A DNA stretch of 63,913 nucleotides, the filler included, from Folioceros fuciformis (taxonomy: Eukaryota): assembly GCA_049999805.1 (NCBI GenBank). It is 5 parts of 5 records of this genome, joined end to end, with 100 filler letters (N's around TTAATTAATTAA, not from the genome) between each part and the next. Parts side by side here need not be neighbours in the genome. Positions count along the whole stretch, not along the records: positions 56,393 to 61,273 come from JBNGIO010006378.1; positions 61,374 to 63,913 come from JBNGIO010006387.1; 3 more parts are not named here. One strand, 5' to 3'. The translations under genes were made by a program, and so were the position numbers. Numbering within the stretch: position 1 is the stretch's first letter; every line of letters begins with the position of its first letter. The notes under the pieces were generated by a model that was given only the letters and a program-made list of their open reading frames with translations, was not told the origin of the DNA and ran no database searches. Shown piece by piece: positions 59,301-63,913 of the stretch.

Positions 59301-60464
59301 TGCCTGTTCACTAATAACTTATGGTGACAGGTGGCTACACCACCCAACCGTCAGGTTAGATGACGGTGGTGGTTGGTAGCTGGCTGTAGGCTCCCGATGC
59401 TAGGCACTGGCTGCTGCCCAGCGAAGGCTCTGGAGCATCCACCATCACTGAATTTACATAAGAAATTACGCCACCCATTATGCCTGTCTCTCTCGTTGAG
59501 GGGTGAGATCTGGCAATGAATCTCTTACTGTTGGGGGAGCACCCGATCTTGCAGACACAGAACCGAGGCCTTGAAAAGCTGCTGGCTAGGTATTCAGAGT
59601 CAATCCTTGAAAGGCAGCAAGACGGATCACTGCTCCTCCAACGTCAGCAAGGCAATCAGTGAACACGGTGATGTGGTTTTCAACACGCTGAATCAGGTGT
59701 AAAATTGAAGCTTCAAATGATGAACTTCTCGTGTGAAGTCCTGCTATAGCAAGTTCTTGAATAGAAAATCTCTTAGCAATTTCGATGCGTAAGCTTGCAA
59801 TCACTGAGAGTGGATTGTCTCGTCGATTTCCAGGTAGGTTTTCTCGTAGTGTTCTGTTGTTACTCCTAAGTTCAGCTTTTCACTGACTCCTATTAAGATC
59901 AGGAGTAGACTGTGAGTCAAAGAGCAATTCAGAACGTAAGCTAGGACGAAGGAGCAGTGTGTAGGCTGCCACTTCCTGATAGCTATCTGAACTTTCACTA
60001 TAAGGCTGACGCCTATCTCTTTGATTACATAAATTCTCAATAGCCCGCTGAGGACGATTGGAACGTCTACGAGTCATCTCGACGAGATTCTCTAGTGACT
60101 TCTAGTTGCATTGTTACTTAGAAGTTTAGAGTTTTTCCAGAATCTTTTAAACTAGTGCTAAGAATGTAGGGATTTTGATCCATTATACACACAACGTAGC
60201 CTACTCTACCTAGAGTGGGCTAGCTTATGTGTGTAATACGATCTTCAGCCCCAGCATGCTAGCACTAAACTAAACATGCTCTAATAACATGTAAATAAAT
60301 ATAGCGGAAGTGCTCTTAGACAAAACACACACGAAATGCACAAGAGCGAATTAATTAATAAAGCACAAAAGGTCTTTAAATACAAAACTGTGTGTAACCC
60401 TAAGTTACATAAATAACACTATTTAATTATAACCCAAGAGGAGGGTTAAATCTATTTACTAACA
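56393..60464 (-). mobile_element. Copia element C, 5' part (5' LTR 60290-60464, degenerate PBS 60278-60289, extra ORF, gag-PR-IN), cut by the linker
   Basis: LTR reads TGTTAGTAAATA...TATTTACA on the minus strand, followed by TGTTATTAGAGC; gag 57808-59235 with CHWCQTPGHWERDC; integrase motifs LWHARLGH and QNGVAERKN. Confidence 0.9.
59586..60077 (-). pseudogene. Extra ORF between PBS and gag of element C (164 codons, one internal TGA)
   Basis: ORFs 59880-60077 and 59586-59804 are in the same frame and separated by a single stop; basic N-terminus MTRRRSNRPQR and amphipathic C-terminus. Confidence 0.6.
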
Positions 60465-61373
60465 GGGGCACCCTTCCTGATCTGGGCGGTTGATGCGCAA
60501 TTGAGCGCGCCTCTACCATGCACCTGGGCGCCCTGGATGGGCGATCTCAGCCCTGGATTGTTCAGCAAAAATTGGACAGCGTTGTCCTGATCCTACACCA
60601 CCAAACCAGTGATCAACTTTTCTGGCTTTGCATTAAATTCAGAGACAATTTGAGGAGAGGAGCCACCAAATGGGGCGCCTGTATGTGTAGATGTTGCCTG
60701 GCGCCTCCTTTGATTATTCACTTGCCGAAATGATGGAGAGAAGATTAACAATTCTTCGTCACTTTCTTTCCATTCCTCGGCATTCGGTGGCTAATCTCTT
60801 GCAGGTGACGTGCTTAGGCACGTTGTTGTACAATGTCCTTCACGGGGTTGTGGAGCGCCTTCACGAAGTGCCGAACTCAGGCTTGAGTGGGAAGCAACTA
60901 TTTCATTGGTGCCATCTCTCCTAGTTCAGGCACTTGATTTTCTCTGCTAACGATTAGAGAAAGATCTTGAATGACCTGACATCAAATCGGTGTTGCTAGG
61001 ATGGCTTTCTGTCGGTGGAGTCCAGCCTTGATCTTGCAAAGTGTGGAAGAGAGCATCCAGCCAGCTATTGCCGAGAAGACGTTGTGTTCTCGATGAGGAA
61101 GAACGCCCTGTCCTCCTATCATTGCTACTGCGATGCGTACGACCATGAGTTCGAACCCGATCTTCAACACTTCGTCTTGCTGAAGCTTGAGAGCAACGAT
61201 GATACCTTCCCATCCGTGAACTGGGAATTTTGTGGTGGAAGGGAGACTTGCAATGGATGGCTTCTAGAAAAAGNNNNNNNNNNNNNNNNNNNNNNNNNNN
61301 NNNNNNNNNNNNNNNNNTTAATTAATTAANNNNNNNNNNNNNNNNNNNNNNNNNNNNNNNNNNNNNNNNNNNN

Positions 61374-63587
61374 GGCTGCCGTTGGGGCTCACCTGCCTTC
61401 TTCTTACGGCATTCTCTTGCCCAATGGCCGGGGGTGCCACACCAATTGCAAGAACCCGGTCTTTTAGCAGAGGAGCTGGCGGAATCAGTTCGCTGTCCAG
61501 CTGAACTTCCAGGTGGGTTATATCCCCCTCTGAATTTTGCTTTGCCTTTAGAAAAGCGGGAATTCACAGCTAACACTCTTTCGGTTCTGTTCTTAGGAGC
61601 AGCACCGGAAAGAGTACGAGCCTGTTCTTCCTGGTAGAGTGCGCCGATGATGTCCTCAACAGTGGGGGCAGCAACAGCAGCAGCTCCAACAACAGTAGGT
61701 CGAACAGGGCCATTCTGAGCTGTGACAAAACTCTGATATGAAGAGGGGAGACTGATAAGAAGCTGGGATACAGCTTCGACTTCTGGCATCTTGTGTCCAG
61801 TCAGCGACGTGATCTGGGCTCTCAGATGTCGGAACTTGCTGGTATGTGTAGCTATCTTCTCTCCCTCCTTCATTTTCAAAGCATAGAATTCCATTCGCAC
61901 AGCTGATAAAGACATCATGTTAATGGAATGATATGTAGTCTCCAATTGATTCCAGATATCTTCAGCTGTATCGAGGAACTCTATATCAGGCACAAGATCA
62001 GCATCCAGGCCGTTAATCAGGAGAGCCATGGCAACACCATTGTGGTGTACCCACTTGGTATGTTGATCAGGATGTGTGCTTGGATCTGGTTTCCTAAAAG
62101 AGCCGTCAACACTTGACCAAACTCCTCGAGCAGAAAGGATAGCCTTGATCCTGACTCGCCAAACGAGGTAACCATTACCCTTAAACCGATCTTTCTCCTT
62201 CAGTTCTGAAGTGAAAGGCGCTGTGGCTGCCATCGAACTCATATCTGGATTTGCACTGGTAGGAGAAGTGATGGACATGGATAAATAAAAAAAGCTATAT
62301 GGAAAAGTGATTTACATATGACAGATAAGTATCCATGCCTGCGTTACTCAATTTCATGCTTTAATCTTAGGGACTGACCATTAGATACAGGAGGGGTAGT
62401 TGGGAAGGGTCAGCCAGAGGAGGGGATAACAAGGAGCTATGCCCTTCTCGTGCTGAACTTCTCAACTTCCTTTCCGATACTAGTGAACAGTTGCAAGTAT
62501 AAGCAAAAAACCCTAAAATTGACACCGTTTCAAAAAACTAAACTGAAAAGTTAGGGTATGAGGCCAACCGACATGTCCCTGTCCTGTGAACAGACGTTTA
62601 CAGGTGGACGAATCTGGTGAAAGCAAGAAATGCATTGTGAAAGGGCACATTGCCAATCACACCACTTCAGATCCTGGGAGGGGTTGCTCCAGCGCCAGGA
62701 TTGCTCCACTCGACAGCAGCGGAAATGCTCAGGGGGCATGGGCCCGTTGATCCACAGCAAGGTGAGGGCTGTCCATCTCAAGATCTCGCAGTCTTAGGTT
62801 CATCAACTGCAGGAGATCAGTCACGTGATTGATATCCTGCTTGATTTCCTGTTTGCAGTCTGAAATGGCTTGTTCTGAGTTGAAAATCAGGTTGTCAACT
62901 CTGTTCTTGATAAGCTCCTGATTTGTGAGCGCTAAAGACAGCACCTTCTCCGCACGAACTAAGGTGACCAATGCTCTGTCACTGGTTTCGTTCCTGAGTT
63001 GTGTGAAGTCTCTAACGGTGTTATCTTGTTGTTGTGGCAAAGGCTGCCTAGGACAGAAGAAAGATCCTTCAGCGCCGGGACTGAACAACAGATCTGGATT
63101 CTGTCCTCTCCTGCGACAGCGCTGCAGATACAGGCGATGAATCTCTTGATTTTGATGTAGTACATAAGCCGGTCCAGGAGGAGTGCTGCGCTGAGCCACA
63201 AAGCGCCTTAGCCAGAGGGCAGGATATTCGTGTTCGTAGAGGTCCAGCAACGTGTCAATAGGCAAAGTTGCTGTTTGTCGTCGTGGGTGACCTTCCTTAT
63301 TAGAATTCTTTGGAGGTCCACCACACCGCCTGCCTCTAGAACCACCCTGCCTCGGCATTCTGAGGAGATCTTAGCAGGAAACAGAGCATGGCTCTGATAC
63401 CATATAAAATATCGAGTAGGAGCGAGAGTGCATGAACTCTTGTAGTTGGATTAAAATGAATGCAATACAAAAAGTGTTTATATACTACGCACATGACTGT
63501 TCGTGTTCACAAACCTAATCTATATAAACCCAAAACATAAAAGAACCACGTGTTTAGGTTTAACCAGAGAAAAGCCTATTCGTAACA
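61374..63587 (-). mobile_element. Copia element D, 5' part (LTR about 63403-63587, PBS 63391-63402, extra ORF, gag)
   Basis: Perfect PBS (gctctgatacca on +); gag starts at 62278 and is open to the linker, with KEKDRFKG and CNWCGTPGHWAREC. Confidence 0.92.
62729..63358 (-). CDS. Intact 209-aa extra ORF between PBS and gag of element D
   Basis: ATG about 33 nt after the PBS, same strand as gag, Arg/Gly-rich N-terminus, heptad-like C-terminus, about 450-nt spacer to the gag ATG. Confidence 0.75.
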   Translation of the reverse strand: MPRQGGSRGRRCGGPPKNSNKEGHPRRQTATLPIDTLLDLYEHEYPALWLRRFVAQRSTPPGPAYVLHQNQEIHRLYLQRCRRRGQNPDLLFSPGAEGSFFCPRQPLPQQQDNTVRDFTQLRNETSDRALVTLVRAEKVLSLALTNQELIKNRVDNLIFNSEQAISDCKQEIKQDINHVTDLLQLMNLRLRDLEMDSPHLAVDQRAHAP

Positions 63588-63913
63588 GACTCCCCTCACA
63601 CCAGAAGAGACAGAGGAGATGGCAAGGACCCCATACAAGCATGCAGTGGGGACACTGATTTACTTAGCAAACGTCTCTCGACCATACATAGCATTCTCGG
63701 TTAGTTTGGAGTCGCAGTACCTGCAAAACCCAAGTCCAGAACACTGGAGTCATGTGAAAAGAACCTTCGGGTATTTAAAACAAACTCCCACACAGGGCAT
63801 TACGTATGCAAGAGCTGAAGGGAGTCTACTTACCTTGGAAGGATTCTCATACTCGGATTGGGCGTTAGACTTGGATAGCAGGAAGTCGCTGTCTGCATTC
63901 GTGTTCATGTTAG
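63588..63913 (+). mobile_element. Copia RT/RNase H fragment into which element D inserted
   Basis: Translates as PYKHAVGTLIYLANVSRP...HWSHVKRTFGYLK...SDWALDLDSRKS. Confidence 0.88.

Noticed and set aside
41402-60464. The 3' Copia piece at 41402-42992 and the 5' piece at 56393-60464 being halves of one element
   Set aside because: Their LTRs do not match beyond a short gcggaag word.
63403-63410. Non-canonical TA end of element D's LTR
   Set aside because: Explained by one C>T transition; the second LTR is not available for comparison.

Overview
Repeat-rich nuclear DNA of a land plant, probably a fern or lycophyte (inferred from the WW-type PPR editing factor). The window is five assembled segments joined by artificial N44-TTAATTAATTAA-N44 linkers, so adjacency across linkers is unreliable. 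Host genes: a very long PLS-class PPR protein (E1-E2, WW-type PG box, no deaminase) with an N-terminal OSB-type PDF ssDNA-binding motif; an L-type lectin receptor kinase and its tandem pseudogene; an intronless divergent MAPK-like kinase; two SABATH methyltransferases (one intact, one pseudogene); AAR2; and tRNA-Gly(GCC). Most of the remainder is Ty1/Copia sequence, including one complete element with LTRs, PBS, PPT and TSD, plus two LINE fragments and a long inverted-repeat element. Top candidates for novelty: (1) three separate Copia elements carry an extra ORF between the PBS and gag, with a basic N-terminus and helical C-terminus; (2) the PDF-PPR fusion; (3) a TG...CA insertion of over 4 kb in a Copia gag that looks like one giant LTR carrying its own gene. 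All calls were made by eye, without database searches.
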